Translations under genes and position numbers: made by a program
Shown: positions 1 to 9,906 of the stretch, in pieces
How the letters are laid out: the number at the start of each line of letters is the position of its first letter
How positions within the stretch are numbered: position 1 is the stretch's first letter
Assembly: GCA_036172245.1 (NCBI GenBank)
Contig: JAYWIR010000008.1
Coordinates: forward strand, 1,364,001-1,428,000
Source: Raillietiella orientalis
Lineage: Eukaryota
Direction of reading: 5' to 3'
DNA: 64,000 bases
The notes under the pieces: model-generated
What the model was told of the DNA's origin: nothing
The model's input: only the letters and a program-made list of their open reading frames with translations
Database searches by the model: none

Positions 1-1156
1 TCCTGACCAGGAGTTCAGGGGGGCGAAGGGAGCGAGAACGCCCCAGGAGAGGAGACTCTTGAGCGCTCGGACGACCGGCACCGTGGTCGCGCGGTGCTGG
101 GAACTTCGCGGAGGAGGCGACCCTGTAGGTCGGGTGGCGGAGGCGCGGCAAGAAGCACTCGAGGGAGTGAAAGGGGTGGGGGCGCGGGGCGTTCAAAGGA
201 ATTTCGCGCGATGGTGCCCGTGCACCTCGGGTTCAGGGAAGTCTCAGGACCGAGCAGACGGTCGCCGCAGGAGGGGCTCCCATGCGCCCTCTCCCCCTCC
301 ATTCCCCCCTTCTCCTTCCTTCTCCATTGCATTTCCTTTGCCTTAACTACATCTGCGTGCCACGGACGGGTGAGCATGCAGCCAGATCAAGGATGCTGTG
401 GGACGAAAAGTCCCCAGAGGCCACCGCCCTCGACATCTCAAGGACGATGCCCCCCCGCCTTCGCGCACCCCGATCTCCCTCCCCTCGTCCCCCTGGTAGA
501 CTTCCGCTTTGCGCTGCGCAGACAATCCACAGAGGGGGAGGGAAGTCCTGGAAGGCGCCGCGCGCATTTCCCTACATTCCTTTCCCGCCGCCCTCGGGTC
601 GGAACATCGCCTCCGAGGACGAGGAGGGCGGGGTGACCACCGAAAGAGAAGGACCCGAGGAGAGGGGTTGCATGCGAGGTCCAATCCGTTGGGGGAAGGG
701 GGGCAACTGGAGGGAGGCTAGGAACCCGCGCGGCCCCTCGTGGTGTCGCGTGCGACTGAGCAGAAAGCTCGGAGGCTGCAGAGGAAGAGCGGTGGGGGTG
801 CTGCTAGCAAGGTCGAGTTGGAGAAGGGGAGAGAGCCTCCTGGATACGCCCCTTTTCTCCCTTCGAGAGGATGGGCTGGGAGGAGTGCCCCCATCCCTTC
901 CACAGCGAGCGAGGAAAAAGACGGAGGGGAGCGAGCTGACGCACAGGGGGCAGGGGAGAGGAGAAGGGAGGTGAAATGAGAGCACCGTCCCCTCCACGGC
1001 GGACCGGTTGACGCTGAGGGAGGGCTAGTAGCGGCCGCCGATGGCGTGGTAGGAGGGAAACCGAGGGTCGAGATGGTGGTGGAGGAGGAGGGGTGGGCCC
1101 TTCTTCCCTGGAGTGAAGGGAGAGGGGTGGGGGATGGCGAGGGGAGCGCGCCCTAC

Positions 1157-1306
1157 CTTTCTCCAGGATCGCGATCTGCTCCGCGCTGAAGGACGTCCGG
1201 TTTCGCTGCAGCTTTTGCTTCAGGCGCAACCGCGCGTCGTCGTCCGGCAAGGTGCTGCCGCTGCTGTTGCTGTTGGTCTCGCTGAAGCTGCTGGCGTTCG
1301 TGGGAA
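1157..1306 (-). CDS. Pax6: Pax6 exon: pre-homeodomain and homeodomain helix 1
   Basis: ccgcag|TTCCCACG...GAGAAAG|gtaggg; encodes [25 protein letters not shown]; the intron falls at the LEK-E position known from other Pax6 genes. Confidence 0.92.
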
Positions 1307-4300
1307 CTGCGGGGTGCAGAGGGGTGAAAGGAGGGAGGGAGGGAAGAGGGGGAAGTGGGGCAAAGAGGAGGGAGACCGAGGGATGCAACGGGCTGCTCTC
1401 TTCCCTTCCGACCTTCCCCACGTCCTCTCCTGCACGTCCCTCCCCTGTCACATCTGCGTCCCGGGGCACCTCCTTCGCCCAGAGGCGTCCGAGGAGCGCA
1501 GTATAGCGAGGGTTTGCGCTGCATCCCAGCTGGGGTTGCGCGGCGCCAGTTCACGGAAGGCTCCCAGAAAAATTGAGGGAGGGGCTGTCAGAGAGAGACC
1601 AGTCCCGAGCTCCGTCCTCCGGAAATGGGGCACCGGGAACCGAGTGTGGGAGGTAGGGAACGGGGAGGGGGAAAGGAGGCAGGACCTCTGCGGCAACAGC
1701 TGGATATCGGGAGCGGTCGCCATGTGAGGGAGAGAGGGCTCTGCGGAGCCAACGTACCTCCCCTCCCCTTCCTGAGACACCGCAGGGCGAAGGAGAGGAG
1801 AGGTGGGGATGGTGGGCAGCAGCTGGGAGCGCTACTCGGCCTGCACCCCTGAAGGGTCGGATCCTCGGGAGAGGCAGGCCCCAAAGGCGGTTCTGGAGCG
1901 GAGATTCCCGCGGGGGTCCCGCTGCTGGGGAATGGGGAAATGAGAGGAAAAGAGTGGGAGAGAGCCGGCGGCACCCCTTCGCACACCCTTCCCGCTGGAT
2001 CACAGACTCTGCCCTCCCCTCCTCCCAAAGGAAATCTCAGGTTATCTCCCGCCCTTTTCCCGCAGCTCACCTTCCCTCAAGCAGGGGAGAATGTGCGGGA
2101 AAACGATGGGTGCGGCTGTTCCGTTGCCAGGGAAACCGAGCAAAGGGGCGGAGAGAGGGAGGAGCTTGCCACGTGCGGGAGTCAGTGGAGGGCCCTCGGG
2201 AGTGCTCCTGGATGACGGCGGGATACTAGGAAGGGTCGCTTCTGTCATGCCGCCGTCAGAGGACATCCCCTTCTTTCCCACTGCCCAGAGAGGGGGGCTG
2301 CATCCGCAGCGTTCTTTGAGCGAAGAGGGGGAGGGGGATCCGAAGAGGAAGGCGTGGGGCACCTCGCGGGGCAAACGGAATCGCTCTAAGCGCCGAGGAG
2401 GGGGGGAGGCGGACCACTGGTTCCCTCCCTCCCTCGGGGTATCGGTTTTCCCCAAGGGAGGGAGGGAACTAGCCGCGACCTGACCAGTAAGGAACCTAAG
2501 ATCCCAGGGACAGGAAGGCATGGCATCAGGTACAGCCCCCCACGGGCACCCCCTTCTTCCTTCTCCTTGAGGACCTGCGGCGGTCCGGATGCCTCCGAAG
2601 GCAAGGAAAGGGAGGGAGAAGGAGAGAGCGCGCGCGACCGGAAGCGCCTCCGCTGCCAACGCAGCCGAGCTCGTTACCCGGTCCGTTAGCATCGCCGGGA
2701 AACCTTTCCCGGCGCAGCGGCGGCGTTCCCCTCGATTTCACTCCGTTCCAGCTTTTTCCTGCTCCCTTTTCCCCTCCCCCTAGGCACCCTCCGCCCTGCA
2801 AGCGTTTCAGGAAATTCACCCGCTCCCCATCCGGAAGGAGGAAAACGCAGGTCGAGAAGAGGCGGGGTCCCTGTTTTCCCCCCTCCCCAGGGATCGGGAG
2901 GAGGCGCATGGTCGATGGAGCTCGACGTAGGGGTGGGGTGACGGGGGGGGGGGATCACCTCGCCGTTGATTCGCCGCTCGTGCGCTCTTTCCCCCTTCCC
3001 TGCCGCCGTCTCAGGGAGCACGGGAAGGCAGGGAGCGTGCGCGCTCGCTGATCCGCCCGCCGCTGGCCCCGCCTCCTGGAGCGATGTCGACGCGCGTTCC
3101 AGAGAGGAGGGAATCGAGCGGGAAGACTGGAAAGAAGGGGGGGGGGAAGGGGAAAAGGAAGAGAGGAGGAAAAGGAGGAAGAAAGGGGAAGGGGGAAGAG
3201 GGGGGGGAAGGGGAGGGAGGGAGAAGTTCCCCTTCGCCGTAAACAATGGGAAATCAGCGTTTATCCCGATAGTCGGCGGGAATCGACAAGATAATTTCGG
3301 TGGGAGCGGCGATGCGGAAGCTGCGAGATAAGCCGCGCGTGATGGATGGAGCGTCCCGGACGGACGCGGGCGACGGGGATGTCCGTCCGTCCGCGCGGGG
3401 ACAGGCGCGCGCACGGGCAAAGAGGCGCGCGCACGCGTCCGTCCGGGGAAGGACCCGCTCGTCCCGGCAGGGAAAAAATAAGGTGGAGAGGGGAAAGGGG
3501 AGTTCCGCGCTTCCCCCGCCTGGAGAGCGGTCAGAAGTGAAGGCCGCCGTCCCTCTTCCCCCTTCTCTCCCCCCCTCCCTCCCACTTTCGTTCCCGAAGG
3601 CTCCGGAGGCCGGGAAAAAGGGTGCTCTCAGTGGGATCGCCGGAGGAGGGGAGGCGAAAGGATCTTCCAAGAACGGGAGGAAGGAGGGGGAATCCAAACG
3701 GCTGCCTTCCCGTGACTACGGCAGATGCCGCGCGAACCTCCTTCCCCTCGGAACAGAGCTGCCCGAGGCGACTACCCACCACTCCTCGAGCGCCCTCAAG
3801 ACCGCGGTGCAAGCATGGGAAAGGGGTGGGGGGAAGGCAGGGAATAGAAGGAGCCAAGAAGGGGTGCCGTGCTCGCGGCGGCAGCGAGTGGCCCCGGGTC
3901 TTACCTTTCCTTAACTCCGGGGGGGCGTACCCTGAGGCGGAGTTGGCGGCAGCGGCGGCGGCGATGACGCCTGCTGGTGACGAGATGAACTCCGGATTCA
4001 GGGCCGAAGGGTTGCCATACCTGGGGGGGGGGGAGAAGGGGAGGGGCGTGCTGCTGCGTGCGAGCGAGAGGGGGGAAGTGGAGAAGGGGCAGGAGGGAGA
4101 GGAATCCGCCCCCCTTCCTCCTCCTTCTCCCCTTCCTCCCTCTCCCCCTCCTCTCCAGGTGAGGAGGGAAAAGGGGAGAGGGAGAGGCGCGAGGCGGTCC
4201 TGAAGGCTCACCAGTACGACTGCTGCACCCGGTTCCAGGAGTTGGGCGCGTCCATGATGCGCAGCCTGTCGAAGGAGGCTGCGGTGGCGTCGGCGGCGTC

Positions 4301-7300
4301 TTCGTCGGCGTACTGCGGGGGCGTCGCCGCAGCCTCCGCCTGCTGCTCTTTCTGGCCGAGGGCGTTCCTCAGGACGCGGTTGATGGATGACACCTGCAGG
4401 GGAGGGTGGGCGTCGTCGTTCTCGCAGAAAAGGGGGAGGGAGGAGGGTAGGAGGAAGGGGAAGGTACACGGGGCGGCGCCCGCGGGCGGGCGACCTCCGT
4501 GACCCACCTGCTTCCCTTCCTCGGCCTGGCCCCGAGGCAGTGCACGGACTTACGCTGGGGATGTTGTCCGTGCTGCAGATCCCGTCGTGAAGAAGACGGT
4601 CCCGGATCTCCCAGGCGAAGATGGAGGGGCACTCGAGCTTGTACTGGGAGATCTTGGTAACCACCGGCGTGGTAGCCACCCGGGGCTTCGAGCCGCCAAT
4701 GGCCCTGGGACGGATGGAGCCGGTTTCGTAGTACCTGGAAGGCAGGAGGAGAGCACGTGCGCTGGCGGAAGGGCGCGGGAGCACACGAGGGGCCCCCAGC
4801 TGGCACCGAGGCGCGAGCGCGCACGCAGGGAGAGAGAGAGAGACTCCTGCCATCGCCACGCGTTCCCCCCACCCCATTCGCGGTGACTTCTCTTGGGGGT
4901 TCCGGTGCCGCCGGCCTGTTCCTCTCCCGGAAGGGCGCTCGAAAAGCGCCCTTTGTCTCCCGAGTGACCCCTCCTCTCATAGCGGCCCTCGAACACGTCC
5001 CCTCCCGGGAGCATCCGGCCCCCGATCAGGACTCGCGGAGCGTCCCTCCCGCGCTTTCCCGGTGCTTTCCTCTGCCGCCGCTCCGCCCCATCGCTTCGTT
5101 CCCTTTTTTTTTCCTTACCCCCACCCCCTCCTCCCGAGGGAGGAAGAGCGGGCGGGCAGGGCGGGCGCGTTCGGGAGCGAAAGAACCCCTCTGGAGGCCC
5201 TCGTTTTCCCCTCAGACGACTCCCTGTCGCTCCAGAGCTCTTCCCCAGCCCTGCCGATAAAAAACTGCCGTGCCGGGGCTCCGAGAGGGACGCCGAGGCT
5301 TCCAAGCAACCCCTCCGCCCAGCCGCTGGCGAGGCGTCTCCGGGAGGGAGGGAGGAAGGGGAGCACCCCTCCCTTCGAGACGACGACGCTCCTGTTTCGC
5401 GCGGAGCGGATCGTTCGTTCCCGGTGTACCTCCGCAGTTCTCTTCCCCGAGAAATGAAAGCATCCTGGGGGCGAGGAGGGAGGGAGGTGGGAGGAAGAAA
5501 GAAATACAGCCTGGGACCCCATCTGCCTCCAAAGGGCTCCAACGGATGCAGTCTGCTCTTTGGAGGAACTGCGACGCTTTGCTTCCTCCTTCTTCTAGAA
5601 TGAGCCGAGTCCCCCTCGGAGAGGTTGGTTGCTCTCCCGGCAAGATAGCGGCCTCCATGATTTGAGGATGCGGAGAGCACGGCTCGCCGCAGTAATAGGG
5701 GGAAGTGGGGAAGGGGGCTGGGGAAACCGGCAGTCCTTGGGCGTTCCGAGGCGACGGCAGGAGAAGACACGACACCGTTGGGGACGGGATGGTAGTGCGT
5801 CGCGTCATGACGTTCCTTTCCGTGGGTCACCCGCGGGCACGTGTTGCGCCTTCCCTGAGGTCGCGCCTCCTCCCGGCAAGGCTCAAAACCTCCTGGATGC
5901 CGTCTCCCGGCCGTTCCTTCCTCGAGAACGGGCAAGAGGTCGAAGGGGACGGCGACCCGGCCAGGAGACTGTCCCGTCGCCGGCACAAAGGGGTGCCTCT
6001 CTTTCGGGAGGGGGAGGAGTTCCGGGAGCAAGGAGGCTCTAGGACGCCCCACGGAGGGAAAGGACGGAGGGAAAAGGTGGTCTCCCGGTCCTGCTTCTTC
6101 CCTCGAGTCCTTCGTGGAGGAAGGAGGCGGTGTTGCACCCCTACGAGCGCGCGTAGGAGGAAAGGTCAACCCGTTTTTCCCCTCCTCCCCCTCCTTTCTC
6201 ATTGTGGAGCCCTCCAGGGGACGAGGGCGAAAGTTGCCGGCATGTGTGTGCCGAGGAAAGGTGCGGGGGGGGAGCGCCCAAAGGAGATGGGCGCAGTACC
6301 TTCCAAGGATCTTCGAGACGCAGCCGTTTGACACCTGCAGGATCCGTGAGATGTCGCAGGGGCGGGCGCCAGAGTGCGCCAACTCCACGATCTTCTGGCG
6401 TGTGGAGTCTGGCAAGGGCCGTCCGCTCACGAAGACACCCCCCAGCTGGTTGACCCCGCTATGCCCTGGAAAAAACACCAGCGTTAGCGGCGACGGGGGG
6501 GAGGAAGGGGGGAGGGGAAGCAGAAACGAGTGGGAAGGGAAACTCCGGTGGCGCTGTCCCCTCAGGAGGGCGCGCGCGCGGATCCGCCTGCCTCCCACTC
6601 GACCATTTTCTGAGGGCGCACTTGACCCTTCCCAGGTGCCCCTGTTCCAGAGACCCCCGGCTTCTTGATGACGACGAGCTCCGTCCGCTGGGAGGCTGGG
6701 GAGGAGGAAGACGGAGCGAAAGCTCCTCTTTCTCTCCCTCTTCCCTTACTCTCCCGCTTAGGTAGGAGAGAGGGTGCGCTGCACGGAGGTCTAGGGCGCA
6801 GCAGCTGATCACCGCCCGATTCCCTGCCATCACTGCGCCGCTTCCTCCCGGGCTCTCCCGGGGAAGGCGGCGGTCGCGGTCGCACGGCCTTCCCGCGGCC
6901 CCGATTTCCACGAGCGCACCTGAGGACGGAAAGGGCAGCGCGAAGCTGGCACCGCCTCCGTTGCTGGGCAACGCGGGGGTCGCGCGTTGGGATGGGGGGA
7001 AGGGTCAGCCGGGGGTGCACTCCCTTCCCTTTCCCTCTCTTCCCCGTGTTCCTCTCCTCCTTGACTCGGTGTCACGAAGACCGCAGCAGGAACGCTCTCC
7101 CCCCGTTCCTCCTGGGAGAGCAGGGATGAGGAGGGCAAGAGACCGCAGTCGGTTCGGGTGGAATGGAACGCTCCCGAGTCGTGCCTCCAACGAACCTCTC
7201 CCATGTGGGGCGCCTGCTCTCGGATTTCCCCCGGGACCTCTCCCAAAGGGTCCTCGAGGCACGAGGACCACCATGGAGAACTTGTGTTCCCCCTTCTTCT

Positions 7301-8161
7301 CCCCCTTCCTTGAGAGAGACAGCATCGGGAGGCGCGGCTGCTGCGAAGGCCGTCCGTTCCTCCCCTCGACTCCCTTCTCCCGTGCCGTCCTCCCATCGAA
7401 GGGAAGGACGACGAGGGTGCCACGCGGATGGAGGATCTCGGGGGTGACGGTGGGCGTCCCAAGGGACGTGCGCGCGCTCCTGCTACCCTCACGCCCTCTC
7501 CTTGGCCCCTGGACCGGGAGTGTCTTTAAATGGAGTGCCTCCTGTTCCTCCTGTGCGTGACCCGCTTGGACGCGCAGGAGTCGAGGGAGGAGGCGGGCGA
7601 CGTTTCCGGGGTGGCCCTGCTACCCCTCCTCCTCCTCTCTCTTCCGACCCCGCCTCCGGAGTCCTCGGCCGGAGGGACTCTTGCGTGGCCAGCGGGACTG
7701 CGGCGCCTCCGATTGAGACGGCGGGCCCCTCCTGGAAAGACCGCGCGGTGCTCCCTTTCCGGGAGCTCTCGCCTCACGCCGCCCCCGCTCGCCTCCTTCC
7801 GGAACCGCTCGAGCCCCCTCCCCCCTCCGCGGGAGGAAAGTCGGCATGCCACCGGGGAAGGGAGGGAGGGGATGAGGACGAGGACGAAGACTTCAAGGGC
7901 GGGGAGCCATCACCAGGAAGAGAGGGTCGGGAGGAGATCGTGGCCTCCCCGGATCTCAGCCCATGGAGGCGAGGGGCAGGCCCTCGGAGGCGGAGGTGCA
8001 CAGGCGGTCGTGGGCACCCGCTCGGCGGCGGCGGTCCACTTTCCCCGCGGTGAAGGGGAGGCCAGGCGGGGCACGAGGGCGGAGGGCTGCCGCGCTGCTC
8101 GTCCTTCCGGATTGCCCGTGGGCGCGCGCGCCCACTTGGCCCGCTTACCTTTATGCGGCAT
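1157..8161 (-). CDS. Pax6: Pax6 (eyeless/twin-of-eyeless family) paired-box + homeobox transcription factor, 3'-partial: complement(join(1157..1306,3905..4020,4212..4393,4554..4734,6300..6465,8149..8161)); remainder lies left of the window
   Basis: Spliced translation [79 protein letters not shown]...[12 protein letters not shown]...[10 protein letters not shown]...[25 protein letters not shown]. It has the Pax6-diagnostic paired residues I42/Q44/N47. All introns are GT..AG and the phases are mutually consistent (1,2,0,2,1,1). Confidence 0.95.
3905..4020 (-). CDS. Pax6: Pax6 linker exon
   Basis: ccccag|GTATGGC...AAAG|gtaaga; open frame (W)[11 protein letters not shown]...PPELRK; phases match both neighbouring exons. 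Confidence 0.75.
4212..4393 (-). CDS. Pax6: Pax6 exon: end of paired domain and linker
   Basis: ctgcag|GTGTCATCC...TACTG|gtgagc; encodes [10 protein letters not shown]...SFDRLRIM (a diverged form of the YDKLRML-type linker motif). Confidence 0.9.
4554..4734 (-). CDS. Pax6: Pax6 exon: paired domain linker and RED subdomain
   Basis: ttccag|GTACTACGAA...CCCAGC|gtaagt; encodes [19 protein letters not shown]...DNIPS. Confidence 0.95.
6300..6465 (-). CDS. Pax6: Pax6 exon: paired domain PAI subdomain
   Basis: ttttttccag|GGCATAGC...GGAAG|gtactg; encodes HSGVNQLGG...VSKILG. Confidence 0.95.
8149..8161 (-). CDS. Pax6: Pax6 first coding exon (MPHK+G)
   Basis: ATGCCGCATAAAG|GTAAGC is a strong donor. 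Its phase-1 end joins GG at 6465 to give MPHKGHSG, an N-terminus known from protostome Pax6 proteins. Confidence 0.8.
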
Positions 8162-8406
8162 CTCCTCGTCCTCCTCCTTCAGGCGGTAGGCGGCGGCGGC
8201 GGCGGCGGCCCGAAACGTGGAGTAGCCAGAGGGCGGCAGGACGCCGGGAAGAATTTTCGGGAAACGGCGGGTTGGCTGCGCGGGGCCTCCTCTCTCCCGG
8301 GGGGGCAAAGGGTGCGAGCGGGAGACGGGAGGCGGTGGCGGCGGGAACAGGCGCTTGCGACCGGCTCGGCGGCTGCCAGGCGAATCGCCAGCGGAGCGCG
8401 GCGGCG

Positions 8407-8477
8407 CCAATCCGCGGCCGCTCATGCCCCGACCGCAGCCAATCGCGGCGCCCGTCTCTCGCGCGCCGGCAGCCAAT
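8407..8477 (-). promoter_or_regulatory. Three CCAAT boxes (NF-Y-type), probable Pax6 proximal promoter
   Basis: GCCAATC with CCAAT at 8407, 8439 and 8473 (spacing 32 and 34 bp), about 250-320 bp upstream of the ATG in CpG-rich DNA. Confidence 0.55.
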
Positions 8478-9812
8478 CGCGACCTCCAGCAGCCGCCGCC
8501 GCCGCTGCGCGTGCGCCCCCGCCGGAGAGCGAGCCGGGCGCGGGCGCACCCGGAAGGAATCCTCCTTCCTGCCACCGCCTCCCTCGTGCTCCGCCCTGCT
8601 TTTTGCCCCCGGTGTGCACGGCCCCGAGAGGAACGAGGGCGCAGCTCAAGGGCGCGCCGAGGAAGCGACTCCTCTTCGCCGGCCGACCGCGCCCACAGAG
8701 ATCGAAACTCTCCCCGGGAGGCACCCGCCGGCGGGCCGGAAGCGCAGGATCCCTCGGGACCCGCAGGTTCCCTGACGGGAACGCCCCCGAAACCACCCCG
8801 TCCCTTTCCTTCGCTCTCGCGCCTCCCGACGCGACGACCTCCGGGAGCAAATTCCCTAGGGAGCGAGAGGCGCAGGCCCGTCTCCCGGGGAACGAGCCGA
8901 AGGGTTCGCCTGCGCACGCAGCCCTGTCTGCGCGCGCAGCCTCTCAGGGGAGCGCCACCACGCCCATGAACGGGGAGAGGGACGGTCTCACCGGGCTACT
9001 TCTCCCCGCTTACTCACCCCATTTCCTCCCCCCTTTCCCGACCCTCCTCTTTCCGGCGTTGCGGCAGGAGCGGAAAGGTCAATGCGGCGAGTGGCTGCGC
9101 AAGTCGGAAGGTCGAGGGAAGCGGGAGGGGGGGGGGGGGCAAGGGGGAGAGGAGAGGAGAGGATCCGGTAGGTCCCGTGCGAGGATGAGATGCAGCACAC
9201 GCGCGGGATAAAAAAGGGGTGAAGGGTGGAAGAGGGGGTCGCGCACGGTCCCTCCCCCTTCCCCCTCCCTCTTCCTCGAGGCTCGATGGCTTCTGTCACT
9301 TTTGTTCGCTGGCGATGTACGCCGCCAGGTAGAACACGTCCAGGTGCGCAGGGGTCCCCTTTATCCTGCTTGACCCCATGCAGGCTCCCGATAAAGAGCT
9401 GACATCCAAGAAATCATCGCCATGGAGACCTTTGTTTGGGCTCATTGCCACCTGAGCGGGGCTCGCCTTTCCCGAAACGCTAGGCGGCGGGCGGGGGGAG
9501 AACTCGGCGGGACCAGGGAAAGGCTCTGGGGGGAAGCGGGAGCTGAAGAGGGGGGGCGGGTGGGGACGGAGGTTCGCAGGAAAGAAGGAGAGCGGGACGG
9601 AACAGAAGGGGAGCGTCGGGAAGCTGGCTCGGGGAGGGGAGGGGGTCCGCGCGGATGCGACCCCGCAGCTCCTGGCACGGAGGGCGGGGTCTGCCGGCGG
9701 ACGCGGGGGAGCGGGCAGGGCGCTCCCGAGACAATGCGCGCGGCGAGGAGCTGCTCTGACGAGAGCAGGCAGGACAGCGGCCCCGCCGCCGCCATGGGAA
9801 CCGCATCGGAGG

Positions 9813-9906
9813 TGATTTATAGAGCTCCGGAGTGAGTCACCTGCTGCAGGAGCCGTTCCCGTCCTGTTTACCGTGTCTCCCGCGGTTCAACAAATCGCGA
9901 TAATTG
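9813..9906. promoter_or_regulatory. Candidate Pax6 upstream enhancer (motif cluster)
   Basis: TGATTTAT, TGAGTCA, CACCTG, TGTTTAC and TAATTG within 94 bp of an otherwise GC-rich background. Confidence 0.3.

Noticed and set aside
15..1100. Next homeodomain exon (EFERTHYPD...)
   Set aside because: Not found. NSFERP near 190-205 is coincidental, so the exon must lie left of the window.
3531..4877. 448 aa ORF
   Set aside because: It overlaps two in-frame Pax6 exons by chance. The remainder is intron or out-of-frame exon.
4550..6598. 682 aa ORF containing the paired box
   Set aside because: Only 6300-6465 is Pax6 coding. The rest is read-through of GC-rich introns bounded by canonical splice sites.
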